Translations under genes and position numbers: made by a program | Assembly (NCBI GenBank): GCA_963693365.1 | Contig: CAVNZM010000012.1 | Coordinates: forward strand, 4,640,409-4,704,408 | Direction of reading: 5' to 3' | Source of the DNA: Amoebidium appalachense | Lineage: Eukaryota > Protista > Ichthyosporea | DNA length: 64,000 bases | Notes under the pieces: model-generated | What the model was told of the DNA's origin: nothing | The model's database searches: none | What the model saw: only the letters and a program-made list of their open reading frames with translations | Part shown: piece after piece, positions 1 through 26,421 of the stretch | Position numbering within the stretch: position 1 is the stretch's first letter | Layout of the letters: each line of letters begins with the position of its first letter

Positions 1-158
1 CTGTTCTTCCCTCTTCCCCCTCCCTGCTTCTCATCCTCGCTCCCTCGCTCACTCTCTCATTCTCTCATTCTCTCTTTATCCCCATCCCCCCCCCCCCCCC
101 CCCCCTCTTTCTCCCTGTACCTATTACTCACCAATGAAATTTAACCCTATGCCCACAG

Positions 159-13253
<13,095 letters not shown>

Positions 13254-14138
13254 ATCTCCGTAGCTACTTAATTCACCGATTATCATAGTTGTCTAGCTAT
13301 ATGGTAATCGCGTGGTGGAACAAGTGTATGGTTTTTCACGTTTTTTATGCTCTTGTCCTACAGTACCGTGTTGAAGTGGTATGCAATGTTTCGCTGATTG
13401 TGTCTGCATCTGTGATATGATGCGTTTTCGGCCACCATGAATACAATCCTGTAATCGAACCCTTTTGTGATGAATTTGTGCGTGGTTGGAAGTTTGTAGT
13501 AACATACCGTTTGTGATAAATAATGGGTACTTGTTACTCTTTTTCTGTACTCACGTTCTTATTTTAATAAGAACGTAACTGAAAATAATTGGAAACCCGT
13601 TAATAGAACTAGGCTCATTTTGGACAGGAGTACACTGGCAAACTATGTAGCCGGCTTAAGTTGGAAGGTGACAGCCATTTTGGCAACGTACACATTGTCA
13701 AACATGTGTACCTTTTTGGTAAATAAAAGCTACTGCATAAGCATTTAACAAATGACATTAATCGGGGGTGCACAAATATTTATGGCCTGTGCTCCGGGCC
13801 ATTTACTTCTGTGGCCTAGGCACGGCTATGAAATCCAACTTAGAGAAAAGTATTGGAATGTTTGAATGCACTTCCCATCCCCCCCCCCCCCCCCCCCACC
13901 ACCACCACCACCACCACCACACACGCGCGCACACGGCACACGCATCCAGGCACGCAAGGCACAATCAAGTACACATGCATGGCGGAGCATGTGTAAATTT
14001 TCTCCTCCCCCTCCCTCCGCCCCCCGCCCTCACCCCCCCCCAACACACACACACACACACAGGTAGTGATAAACGCACACGTGCACACACACACGCACGT
14101 ACACACGCGTCGGACTGCACACACACACACTCACTCAC

Positions 14139-14170
<32 letters not shown>

Positions 14171-14861
14171 GCGGGAAAAAAAAAAAAGCGAAAGTCGCAT
14201 GGCCGTCAAAAAAGAAGCCGTGAGGGGAGAGACGATAGTTGCTGTGTAAGAGCCTCACTGAGATGGAACAAGAGCGGGTACGGTTCTTGTGGATTACTAT
14301 TGTTTGTGAATCAGGTGTGTGTTCGTGTGTGTGCCTGTGTGTCTGTGTGTGTGTGTGTGTGTTTGTGTACATGTGTACGCGCGTGCACGTGTGTGCCAGT
14401 TTGCTTATCATGGCCATGGCTTGCTCTAGCTGTGCATACTTTGAATACATATGCCTAGCCTACGTATAATTAACCAGCGCAAAATAATTCTCCAGCCACT
14501 CTTTATTGAGTAACAGTCGCATCAGAGACACTCGGCTGCTAGTTTGGCATAGACGGCGTTCCCGGGCCTATGCCTTCTCCTACATGCTCCTGCATGCACG
14601 ACACTTTCGGCCAGAGCACCTTTAGATATTTCTGCGCCAATACAAACAATTACATATGTACAAGTTCGAAAGACTTCGCCTCGAAGGTAAAGCTGACAAT
14701 TGATCACTGGATTGTGCCACGAGAACCGGCAACTCAGAACTTGCGCCAAGGGGCATTGAGGAAGCAACTCAGTGGCAGAGAGAGAGAAGAAGATAATAAT
14801 GAAGAAATTTCGGATCTCATTACACATTGTGATAGACAATACATCTGGGCATTGCATGTCT

Positions 14862-14894
<33 letters not shown>

Positions 14895-15263
14895 AGGTAG
14901 GTAGAAAAGTTTACGTGTGTGTGCTCACTATATTTTGCTCGGTCACGATGCAATGTGTTTGGTGTGAGTTCCCTTACGGGAGATTCCCAATGTTACAAAG
15001 TGATCAATGAGGCGCATCCCAGAACATATGTGCCTGCGTATTGCGCGCCTATAGTGCCCTTAAAAATAAAAAAATAAAAAAAATAAAGATAACGGACACA
15101 CAAGAACAAGGGAGGGAAAAGAAAAACGGAAACACTGCTCAGGTGATAAAACAACGACAAAAAAAAAGTGGCACCCGGCCACGCCAAATACCCATGTCGG
15201 GAAGCCATTCTTAAAGACTCTTCTCCTCCTTCCCTTTTCTCCACTAAGTATTCCCGAATATTC

Positions 15264-16643
15264 TCAGAATATTCTTTGGTTTTCGAGTTGGTCGCCCAGA
15301 TGATTCAGTTTAAGGTAGACGTCCACTCCGTGACCGTGCATCGAGTAGAGATTAAGGGATCCCCCGAAATAGCGAGCGTACTCTCGCGCCATCGGCAGGC
15401 CGAATCCCAACCCGGCCATCGGTCCAAAACGAGCGCTGTGTGTGTGTGTGTGTGTGCGTGCGTGTGCGTGTGCGTGTGCGCGCGTGTGTGCATATTTGTG
15501 TGTGTGTGGCTTGTGTCTGTGCGTGCGCGCACATGCGCACACATGCCTGTGTGTGTTTCAAGATGTTGGATGGGCGTCATAAACAGGTGTTAGTAAAGCA
15601 TGTGTAGCATCTAATTATTCCTACTGTCCGGTTTTGAGTGTAGGGCGGCATCGGGATGATTTCATGAGAGTATCAATGAGGGGTAATCCAGCTTATGGCC
15701 ATAGACACGTAGTTGTGATTCGAAGAAAGCGGGATATGGGGATGGGGTGGGGTGGTGGGTATGGCAATGTGAGACCAAGCCACAGAGAATGTTGTGTGTG
15801 TGTGTTGTGTGCGAGCGAGTGCCTGCGCGTGTGCTTGAGAAGTTGACGTAGAGAGGAGGGCTGGGAGGGGGGGAGGGGAGGGGGGGAGGGGGGGGGGGGG
15901 GGGGGGGGGGGGGGAGAAGGGAGGAGAGGAGTACACCCAAAGAAAAAATGCAGCCAAAACGGGAAGAAGGTTCCAACTATTGACGCCTATCAGCCATTCC
16001 CATTCAAGTGCACACCACCGGGTGACCACCCACCTTGCATAAGCAGTCAGGGACAGACCCCCCTGGTCCAGTTTCTCGTTGTGCTCCTGTTTACGGCCCA
16101 CATACGTCACTCAAACAGCCCCAACCAGTCAATTTTGACATTCTTTTCCAAGGTTGTGCATAAAGCAGCCCCCCCCTCCCCCTCCCCCCCCCCCCCTTCC
16201 CCCCCCCCCCCCCCCCCCCCCACCCCCTCTCCCCCCTCTTCTGCCTGCACGCTTCAATTGTTTGATTTCAGGTTTTCCATTCTTGTGTGAAGCTTTGTAG
16301 TTTGTCCTTTGATGTCTCCTCCGTATTTCCAACCCTCTAACGCATACATCAACCATCCCCCTCCCCCCTCCCCCCGTCCTCCCCCCCCCCCCTCGTGCCC
16401 CGGGGTCACACAAACACCTCCGGGCAAGGATTGAAATATAATACAAAAATCGAACGTTTTCCGAGATCCCAACTACCCACTTCGGGCTTTCCCTCCCTCC
16501 CCTACTCCTCCCTCATCCATCCCCATGTTCAATTAAAAACACTACCAGCACACAACCCTCTCCTCCCTTCCCTCTCACCCCCGTCTCCCTCTCACCCCCA
16601 CTTCCCTCCCCCTCATCCCCCCTCCCCCCCTTCTTCCCCCCCC

Positions 16644-16675
<32 letters not shown>

Positions 16676-16857
16676 ACAAAGCCCCCCGCGCCTGCGAGTG
16701 CTGTTGGAGTCCGGTTATTCATCAACTTTCTATCAATGCCACTATTTTTCTTTCTTTCTTTCTTTCTATTTTACTATTCTCTCTCTTCCTTTTTTTCCTT
16801 TCTTTTTCTTCCTTTCTTCTTCTTCTTCGTCTTCTTTTTTTTTTGCTTTGTTGTTGT

Positions 16858-16890
<33 letters not shown>

Positions 16891-18365
16891 CAGTTTTCAG
16901 CACACCTTTGCAGTGGTGAATGCATAGTCGAACACCCGTGGGACCAGATGTGCCGGTATGCCACCCCCTGGTCAGATATCCTGCCAATGAAATTTGGAAT
17001 GTTAACATCTGCACTTGCAAATATCCCCCCTGGACTTGGCAAATATCTCCTCTCTCCCTTCGCGCACAAGAGAAAGGGAGAGAGAAGACCCCCTCTCCCT
17101 CTCCCCCCTTCAGCGCCACCCCCGCCCTAAGCATGCCTCCAAATTCATGCACGTGTGTGTTGACATAGCGTATGCACACATACCGAGTTGCACGCACCTT
17201 CACGTTTATACACATGCATGCGCACCCCCCCCCCCCCCGGATCCATTCAAAGACCTTCCTCACCCATTTAGCATGCTTACAGGTATGACACACCATGGCA
17301 CCTATACCGCCTGTACACGCCAAGACACACATCACACAAGCAAGCACACCTACTGGCACCCGCGACTATATGTGCCTAATTTAGCCATTTAAGAAAACCA
17401 CACACATATGGACAACAGCACAACCGGAACAAGACCAACACACAGACTATGCCTGTGGCACCCCCTCCCTCCCCCCTCCCCCCTTCCCTCCCTCCCAAGT
17501 CCCTTCTTTTCGGGTAACCTTTCTAATCACTATGGAAAATGAGATGTCACAGGGTCCAGTTGGGAAGAAATAAAAGGGGGGAGGGGGGGGGGGGGGGGGG
17601 GGGGGGCCAACAATAGTTCCCTTTTCCTTCATTACCAACAAGGAAAACGCAAAGTACACAACTTTGCAATCAAGAAGTTCCAATAAACGCACTCCGCCCA
17701 CACAGGCACATATACTCCCGCACGGACGCACACACGCACACCCATGCACGTATACCACGCACGCACGCACGCACCATGCAGCACACATCCCACCTCAGCG
17801 TGATCTCTTTCTTGCCCTTGCAGATTGTTATCTCTATGGGCGGCAGCTCCCCCTCGTACTTGTGCTTCTCCGTGACGGCTCGAAACGAGTTCTTGAGCAA
17901 TTCTGTGCACAAGATCACGAGGGGAAAAAAAGAAAGAAAGCGGGGGGAAAAAGGGGGGGGAAAATGGAACGGATGGTGGATGGTTAGCCAGGCAGGCTTG
18001 AAGAGACTCTGTTACAAGACAATGCCTTTCCCTCCCCCAACCCTCCCCTTCCTCTCCCCAACTTGCCGCCACCAATGCCACTCACCAAAAAGATTACACA
18101 AATGTTACACCGCTAAGAGGCAATAAGAGAGCATGTGTGTGTTGTGGTTGTGTGTGTGTGTGTGTGTGCATGTGTGCATGTGTGTACCTACGCCCGTGTG
18201 TGCGAGTGAGTTGTGCATGTGAGTGTGTGAGTGTGAGTGTGAGTGTGAGTGTGCGTGTGCGTGTGCGTGTGCGTGTGTGTGTGCGTGTGTGGTAGTGGTG
18301 CGGTCGCAGTGTTTGTGTTGATGGTGGGTGGGTACGTGTGTGTGGTGGTGATGGTGGTGGTGGTG

Positions 18366-18400
<35 letters not shown>

Positions 18401-19893
18401 GGGTGGGGAGGGTGGGGAGGGGGGCTGGTACCAAGAAGTATGTAGTCCAGGTGCATTGGGATGTAGGGAAACGTTGCGTCCTTGTGCCTGTAAGAGTACA
18501 CGTGTGAACAATAACAACATGGGTGCCAGTTATGATTACTGAACAGAGCCAAACAGTAGTCATTCACATCTGCCCATGGAAATAAACATAGAAGGTAATT
18601 ATGGAGGAGTGCGCTCTTATTGGCATGCCAGCGTATTCATTCGTTTAGTCCAACCGTTGCAATGCGCACGTGTATAACGCACACATGCATGCCCGCACCC
18701 ACACACAAACACCTGCACGTGCGCACGCATGCACACCCACCCGCGCGCCCGCGAGCCCGCCCGCCTGCACACATATATGCACGCGACTTATCTTGGTACT
18801 GTCGAGCAACAAACAATCGGGGGGGAAAACTAAACCGGGACCACATTTCCACCAGTTCCGTCATGACCTGTTCTTGGATTTTCGAATTGCTGGCATGGGG
18901 CACATTCCGAGAGTCTCATACGTAAACTCACAGACACACCATACGGATTTTGCAGCGAAAGCTGGATCAAACAGAGTACATGCTCGTTTGTGTGTTGGTC
19001 TCCTTATAACTCAGAAAATATTGTAAGATGGTGTGTGGCTTCTTTGTGCTTGTGTATGCTTGTGTGTCGTGTCGTGTTGTGTGTGTGCATTATGCGTGTG
19101 CACATGTACGTGCACATGCTGTTGTGTGTGTGTGTGTGTGTGCGTATGTGCGGAATGTCCTGTATGTTCGCACACGTGTGCGTGTGCGTGTGTGTGTGTG
19201 TGTGTGTATGCACGCGCGCGCGCGATCGCACACACACACACACGTGTGGACGTGTGTGCGTACTCCCAGAAACAGCAGCCGTTTTTTTTTGGGGGGGGGG
19301 GGGGGGGGGGGGGGAGGGGGGTTCTGGGGGGGGGGGGGCAGGAGAGGGGGTTCTGTATTATCGGTAAGAATCTTATGCCATGAAACATAGATGCCATGAG
19401 GTGGAAAAAGAAGGGGCGGAGGGGGGGGAGGGGGGGGGGGAAGGGGGGGAAGGGGGGGGGGGGGGGGGGGGAAGAAGGGGGTGTACCCCAAGATTTTGAC
19501 AGCGGGGGCTATGCCGTAGTTTGTCTCGCAGATGCTGGTTGCAAGGTGCACACTCTTTTCAACCGCCAACGCAGGTGACTGCAGACACACGAAGGGTGTG
19601 AGTTTTGAATGTGGCGGGGAAGCAAAGGTTGAAAAAGAAACTAGTTGTGGTGGTTGGAGATATGGTGATAGTGTGCCCAGTAAGGCAACTCAAGAGCATT
19701 TTCTCCAAAAAACCCCAAACTCCTTCTCTCTCTCTCTCTACCTCTCGAAGAGAATCCCCCCCCCTCCTCTCTCTCTCCTCCCTCCCCTCCCCCCCCCCCC
19801 CCCCCCACGCCCACGCCCTCCCTCCCCCCCTTCGCTCTGGTATATTTGTATGTGCTTGTGCTTGTGCGTGTGCGTGTGCCTGATCGTGCGTGT

Positions 19894-19931
<38 letters not shown>

Positions 19932-20395
19932 AGAGAGAAAGGGGTGCGGGGGGCGAAGGGGGGTTTTTTTTTTGGGGTGGGGGGGGGGGGGAGGGGGAGG
20001 GGGGAGGGGTTGCATTTTGCAAAACACTATACCAGGTTTTCACAGACGATGCCGATGAAGCCCTCCTTCTGGTGATTCATAGCAAGGTAGTGCTCGGCCA
20101 TCATGCGCACACCTATCCGGGACTGCAGGGATAAAGGGGGCAGGTAAGCATCGGTAAGAGAAACGTGCCCCAGATAACAAAAGAATACAAAAAAATAAAG
20201 ATGTAAAACAATAAGGTTGTAAAACAATATCACGCACACACCTACGCGCCACTGCAGGGGTTAAGGGGGCAGGTAAGCATATAGGTAAGAGAAATGTGTC
20301 CGAACAGGAGGAATGGATGCTAATATGGAAGAGATGTGCACCAACCAATAGGTACCAATAAAGAATATATACCCACCCACCCACCCATCCCTCCT

Positions 20396-20436
<41 letters not shown>

Positions 20437-20878
20437 AAAAAACCACCCCCCACCCACCCACCCACATCCACCAACCCACCCACCCATCACACACACACAT
20501 AACCCTACCCATCCCCACCAAAACACCCAATCCAACCCCCGCTTCCCCCCCTCGCACCCACCACGCCCCCTCCCGCCCTCCGCCCCCCCCCGCCCCCTCC
20601 CCTCCCCCCTCCCCCCTCTCCCACCCACCCACCCACACACACACACGTACACACACACCTGCAAGGTGCGGTCCAGGAAGTCAGCCAGCTCGTTGTGGGG
20701 CATGTGCCTCTGGCACTGGGTGATGCCCTTGGCCAGCAACTGCACTATCTCCGTGCTGTTGTCTGCACACACACACACACAGCCTGTTGAGTGCTCTTTT
20801 TCTCTCTTCATACCTCTCTCGCCCCTGGCCTCTCTCTCCCTCTTCTCTTTATCACCCCACCTTCCCCCTCACCCCCCT

Positions 20879-20919
<41 letters not shown>

Positions 20920-23033
20920 CCCTCCCTTCCCCTCCCCTTCCCCCCCCCCCTCCCTCCCTCCCCCCTCCCTGCCTCCTCCACCCCCCTCCCTCCCTCCCCC
21001 CTCCCTCCCTCCTCCAACCCCCTCCCTCCCTCCCTCCCTCCCTCCCTCTCTCTCTCGCAACTCTAGCTGTCTTTCTGCTCTTCTCGCTTTGGCCCTTTCT
21101 CTCTCTCCCTCCCCTCCTCCCCCTCCCCCTTTACCCCTCCCCCCTTCCTCTCCCCTCCCCATCATCCCATTTCCCTCCCTCTCTCCCTTTACCCCACCCG
21201 TCCCCCCCGTCCCCACCCCCCCCCTCCCCCCCCCCCCCCCCCCCCCCCCCCCAACCCCCCAAACCACCCATGACCTCCCCTCTCTCAGGTCCTACTAACA
21301 AATCTCTCCCTGACACACTCCTCCACCTTCTCTCCCTCCCTCACTTTTATATTTTGCTGCCACCCGGAAATTCTTTACCACGCCCCCGCCCTTTTGCCCA
21401 TTCGACCCAACCCATTTCCATCCGCCCACAGATCAAGATCAAGAAGGGAAGGGAGAGGTGGGGGGAAGGGGCGAGGGAGAGGCGGAGGGGAGGGGAAGGG
21501 GTAAAAGGAGAGAGGGAGCGAGAGAAGGGTGAAGAGAGGGAAGGAACGAGGTAGCAAAGAAGAGATCAAAGAGGGAGAGGGAGAGGGAGAGAAAAATATT
21601 CCAAAGAAGGGGGATGGGAGAGAGAAAGGAAGGAAAAATTGCAAAGAGTGGGGAAGGAAGAGGGAGAAAGAGATAAAAACAGTGACCTACTGACCCAATA
21701 TTTCTGTGATGGTTCGCTGAAACTGTTCGTTCTCCTCTGGTGTCGACACCATCGGCAACTGCAAAATGCACGTCAAACTTAGAGGTGTGTTTGGGGCTTA
21801 CACATTATGCCTTGGTTCTAGTTTATATCGTTCAAAGAAAGAAAACAAAGAATACGCACACAGATTCACAACAGGAGCATGTGCTAAATATCCATAAGGA
21901 GGCGAATGAAGATTTCAAGTTGCACATGGAAAAACTGGCCCAAGCATCTAGGTATGAAATTAGAGGAAAGCTTTTATCTTCCTTTCCAGCACCCCCCTCT
22001 CCGCCTCTCCCCCTCCCCCCCAACCCCCCTCCTCCACACACACACACACACCCTCTCTCTCTCTCCCCCTCCCCCCCCCCCCCCCCCCCCCTCCTTCCCT
22101 AGGGTGGAATGATGTCATTCCTGAATTAAAACGGCCCATAGTGCACGTGGTTTCAGCCTTAACACAAACGAGCCCCGGCCATGGGGACACAAACACTCCC
22201 CAACAATTACCACTAGCTGAGATAGTCGGGGGCGCACTTACTGCTCTCAGCTTTGCGTAGCTTTGCAGGTGTATCTCGTACTGTGGGTGCCATCACATCC
22301 ATGCCGTTAACAGATGCCTGCTCGTATGATCCCCCCTCCCCCCCCCATCCCCCCCCGGCCCACCCGGCCCCACTCCCTTCCCCCTCCTCCCTCTCTTTCC
22401 CCCTTCCTCCCCCCCCCCCCCCCTCCCCCCTTCCCTCCACCCCCCCTCAACAAAAAAAAAAAAAAAATACACACACAAGTTCAAGACATCCACCCTGCAT
22501 CCTCCTTTCTTTAAACCCCCTCCCCCCCCCCACTCCCCCCCCCCCTCCCCCACCACCACCACTCCTTCCCCCCCCCCCCACACACACACACTGACACTGC
22601 ATCCTCCCCCCCCCCCCCTCCCCCCTTCCCCCCCTTCCCCCCGCCCCTCGACTCCCCCCTGCACACATGCACACATTCGCCCTGGCCCGCCCCCCTGTCC
22701 CCCCTCCCCCCCCCCCCCCCCTCCCCCTGCCCTGCGCATTCGTCGCAACAGGCACCACATTTCCAACGTGGAATTGGGATATTTACCACAAACTTCACAC
22801 AACATACACAAGTAGCTTTTACCTTGTGCATTGATTGTGGCATTGAGAGAAGGGGGTTTTTTTTTGTTTTTTTTTTTTGAGGGGGGGGGGGGGGAGGGAG
22901 GGGGGGGGGGGGGGGGGGGGGGGACGGCACGCCCAGTACAGCTATAACAGGATCACCCCGTGTTCTGAGCTGTTCCCTGGCTTTTTCTTTCCCTTTCTTT
23001 CCTTCCTTTTTCTTCCTTTTCATTTAACTTTTT

Positions 23034-23095
<62 letters not shown>

Positions 23096-23259
23096 CGCGC
23101 GCGCGTGCATGTGTGCATGTGTGCATGTGTGTGTCTGTGTGTGCATGTGTCTGTGTGTGCATGCCCGGGCGTCGGTGTGTAGGTTTGTGTGACTTCGTGT
23201 GTGCATGTAGGTGCGTGTGTGTATGCCTGTCTGTGTTTGGTGGTGGCAGTGGGGGGGAG

Positions 23260-23295
<36 letters not shown>

Positions 23296-23632
23296 GGGGG
23301 ATGGAACTCACCACAGTCTTTATATATGGGTTACATCCAACAATAAATGGAAGTGCCTGGCAGGGAGATCAAAAGGTTAATAATAATACTTAAGGTTCTA
23401 GTTATATACTAAAATTTACAATTTTATATTATCGATTTCATCTCTACGTCAGATAACTGGGATGATGACTACAGTTACGCACCCCCCCCCCCTCCCCCCC
23501 CCCCCCCCCCAGCCCCTAAAAAGCTCACCCAGCTACACATCTAGCTTGCCATGGGCTCAGCCCCGGTTCGTCTTAGTATCATGTTATTTCTCTTTCTTCT
23601 TTCTCCCCCCCTCCCCCCTCTCCGTGTGTGTT

Positions 23633-23684
<52 letters not shown>

Positions 23685-23708
23685 CTCCATCCCATGCTCC
23701 ACCTCTCT

Positions 23709-23749
<41 letters not shown>

Positions 23750-23893
23750 TTCCCCACTCCTCCCCCAAACACCCCAACACTAACTCCCTCTCCTTTTGCA
23801 CAAAGAATAAATCCTTGACCCTGCTCTGGTAAGCACGTGACACACACACACACGTGCACGGACACAGCCACGCAAACACGCACACACACACGC

Positions 23894-23953
<60 letters not shown>

Positions 23954-24202
23954 CAGGAGAGAGAAAGAGAAAGGCATCAATTCCTTCCTCAATCTCCTTG
24001 CATCCACGCAACAGTCAACAAATAGTCCAACCTGCCCTCTCCCCATCCCCCCCCCCCCCCCCTCCCCCCCCCCCCCCCGTCCCCTGCATACTCTGAATTC
24101 CCTTCCATCCGCTGGAGACCCCCCTATCCCCAAACCCCCTCTCCTCCCCCCCCCCCAAAAACCCTTAACCCCACCCATAAAATCAACGAACATGCCCAAA
24201 CA

Positions 24203-24235
<33 letters not shown>

Positions 24236-24242
24236 CACCCAC

Positions 24243-24324
<82 letters not shown>

Positions 24325-24716
24325 ATACCCTCTAAACCACAAGCACACACACATGTATTTACACAGACAGACACACACAGGGAGACAAAAGAATAGACAA
24401 CCAAAGAAAGGACGGAAGAGACGAGGAAAGTCAAAAACGGGGCCTAAAAAGACATCTCCAAGCCTACCTGGAAATCCTTGATGCGATGGGCTAATCTGAT
24501 TGGTAGCTCGTGCTGCAGAAACTGTGCACTGAGCTGTACGCAACAGCAAAGAATGTGTTAGAAAGTGCCAGCAACACCGTGACCTAGGGACATATCACCG
24601 TGACTCACATAAGTGTGATGCATCATTAGCTTATTTTACCCTCCCCCCCCCCCTGCCCCCTGCCCCCCAGCCACCCTCCCCCCCAAAAAAAACAAAAAAA
24701 AAAACAGACACACATG

Positions 24717-24754
<38 letters not shown>

Positions 24755-25196
24755 ACACACACATCACACACATTGCACCTATGGCCACCCCACTCTCTTC
24801 CCCCCGCGCTCGCCCGTTTCCTACGTTAACCCATCTGAACCGATGCTATGGGTTTCGGTTTGCCTGCACGTCTCCCCCCCCCCCCCCCCCCCCCCCCCTC
24901 CCCCCCCCCCCCCCCCCCTGCTGTCTCTCTCTCTTCTTTCCCCCCTGAATATGCCTCCTTTTTTTCCCCCATAATATCCATCCTTGTCCCCCCTTGCTCT
25001 CCCATTCCCCCCTTTTCCACCTGCGTTCTCGGAGGACATGCAGAAATCACGGGATAATCCAAAAGCCCAAATACTGCGACGTTCTCCACCTGTTCTTTCC
25101 AATTCTTTTTCCTTCAGGACGAAAGATCCAAGGGACTAAACGCTTACATCTTACGGTGGCGGGGTGGGCAGGCCTTTTTCTTTTTCTTTTTCTCTC

Positions 25197-25237
<41 letters not shown>

Positions 25238-26421
25238 GGGGGGGGGGGGGGGAGAGGGGGGGGGGGAATACCTAAATGCATTGACGCAGAAAGACACTTT
25301 CGAATGCAAAAAAGGAACTGAATATGCAGACAACGATTTACACAACACACATGAGAAGAGCAACAAAACCCACAAGTGCGGTTCAGGGGACACAACGAGC
25401 GAGCCACACCTTTTGGGGGGGGGGGGGAGGGGGGGGGGCTGGGAGGAGATAAAAGGTGTTACAGAGAAAGAAGTACACTTTCGAGACATACAAATGATGC
25501 ATGAGAGGGGGTGGGAAGGGGTAACCTACGATGATTTGGCGCCCTGTCCTTTGCCGCCCAAACCTCAGCAAGCTTTTGAGCGTGACCAGCTGGGGTTTCA
25601 GCTGTACCGTTCTGTTGATATCTTTTTGGAGGTTGGACCTGGAGGGGGCAAAAAGGAAGGAAAGTAGTGAGATCATGGAGAAATTGGAGACAGTTGTAAC
25701 AACATGCATGAGGCGCTGAGAAGAAAGAGGGGGAGAGGGCCCGGCAACAGGGGAAGGAACCGGGGGTGGGGGGGGGGAGGAGAGAGAGAACAGAGAGAGA
25801 GGAAAGAATGGGGGAGGGGGGAGAGGGGGAGAGGAGGGGAGAGACAAAGGGGGGACGGGGGACAGGAGAGGGAGAGAGGGGGGGGGAGGGGGGAGGAGGT
25901 GCGGGGGGAGAAAGAGAGAGAGACATACTTTGTCTGTGTTTGTGTGTGTGTGTCAATGAGAAAGGGAGAGATAGGAGGGCTGGCAGGGAGGGAGAGACGG
26001 AGGGCAGGGAGGGAGGGAGGGAGGGAGGGAGGGAAGGGGGGAGGGAGGGAAGGGAGGGAGGGGGGGGGGGGGGGGGGAGAGGGGGAGAGAGAGATGGAGA
26101 ACAAGCAATGCCAAGAAAAACAAAAGGAGTTATTTATGAAACGAACGAAACACTGGAGCACACGGGCCTGCCCACCACATATAACAGGATATAAAACGAA
26201 GGCCATTCAAGCCCATGGATAACCTGCCGGGTCAGAAAGTAGCCAGTACGTTTCCCAATGATGCATCGGATCAACACATACCTGGAAAGTGCATCCTCTT
26301 TTTTATTTGCGTGGTGATGACTAGATCTGATCGGCACGACTGAAAACGGTGCGTTGGTTCTTGTTATCGTTGCTGCAGTGCGTGAGCGAAGTAGCTGTGT
26401 TGAAAGAGAATCAGCGTACAT
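15264..26421 (-). CDS. BCKDK: Mitochondrial branched-chain alpha-ketoacid dehydrogenase kinase / PDK-family kinase (~404 aa), with apparent 1-nt frameshift in exon 12
   Basis: 14 exons (minus): 26421-26282, 25638-25530, 24533-24468, 23356-23312, 22280-22242, 21758-21695, 20762-20659, 20122-20033, 19578-19487, 18487-18432, 17902-17794, 16980-16906, 16086-16034, 15435-15264. Motifs [48 protein letters not shown]-box [10 protein letters not shown]1 ISDQG, G2 [23 protein letters not shown]. Arg/Ser/Thr-rich N-terminus resembles a mitochondrial presequence. LPFIVGCNP favours BCKDK over PDK. Confidence 0.88.

Noticed and set aside
14522-14953. ORFs between the converging gene 1 and BCKDK 3' ends
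   Set aside because: No motif or supporting exon chain; minus-strand AATAAA near 14502-14507 fits a BCKDK 3' UTR.
20336-21554. Long Pro-rich + strand ORFs (320 and 255 aa) resembling extensin/formin
   Set aside because: They are C-rich intron sequence antisense to BCKDK exon 7.
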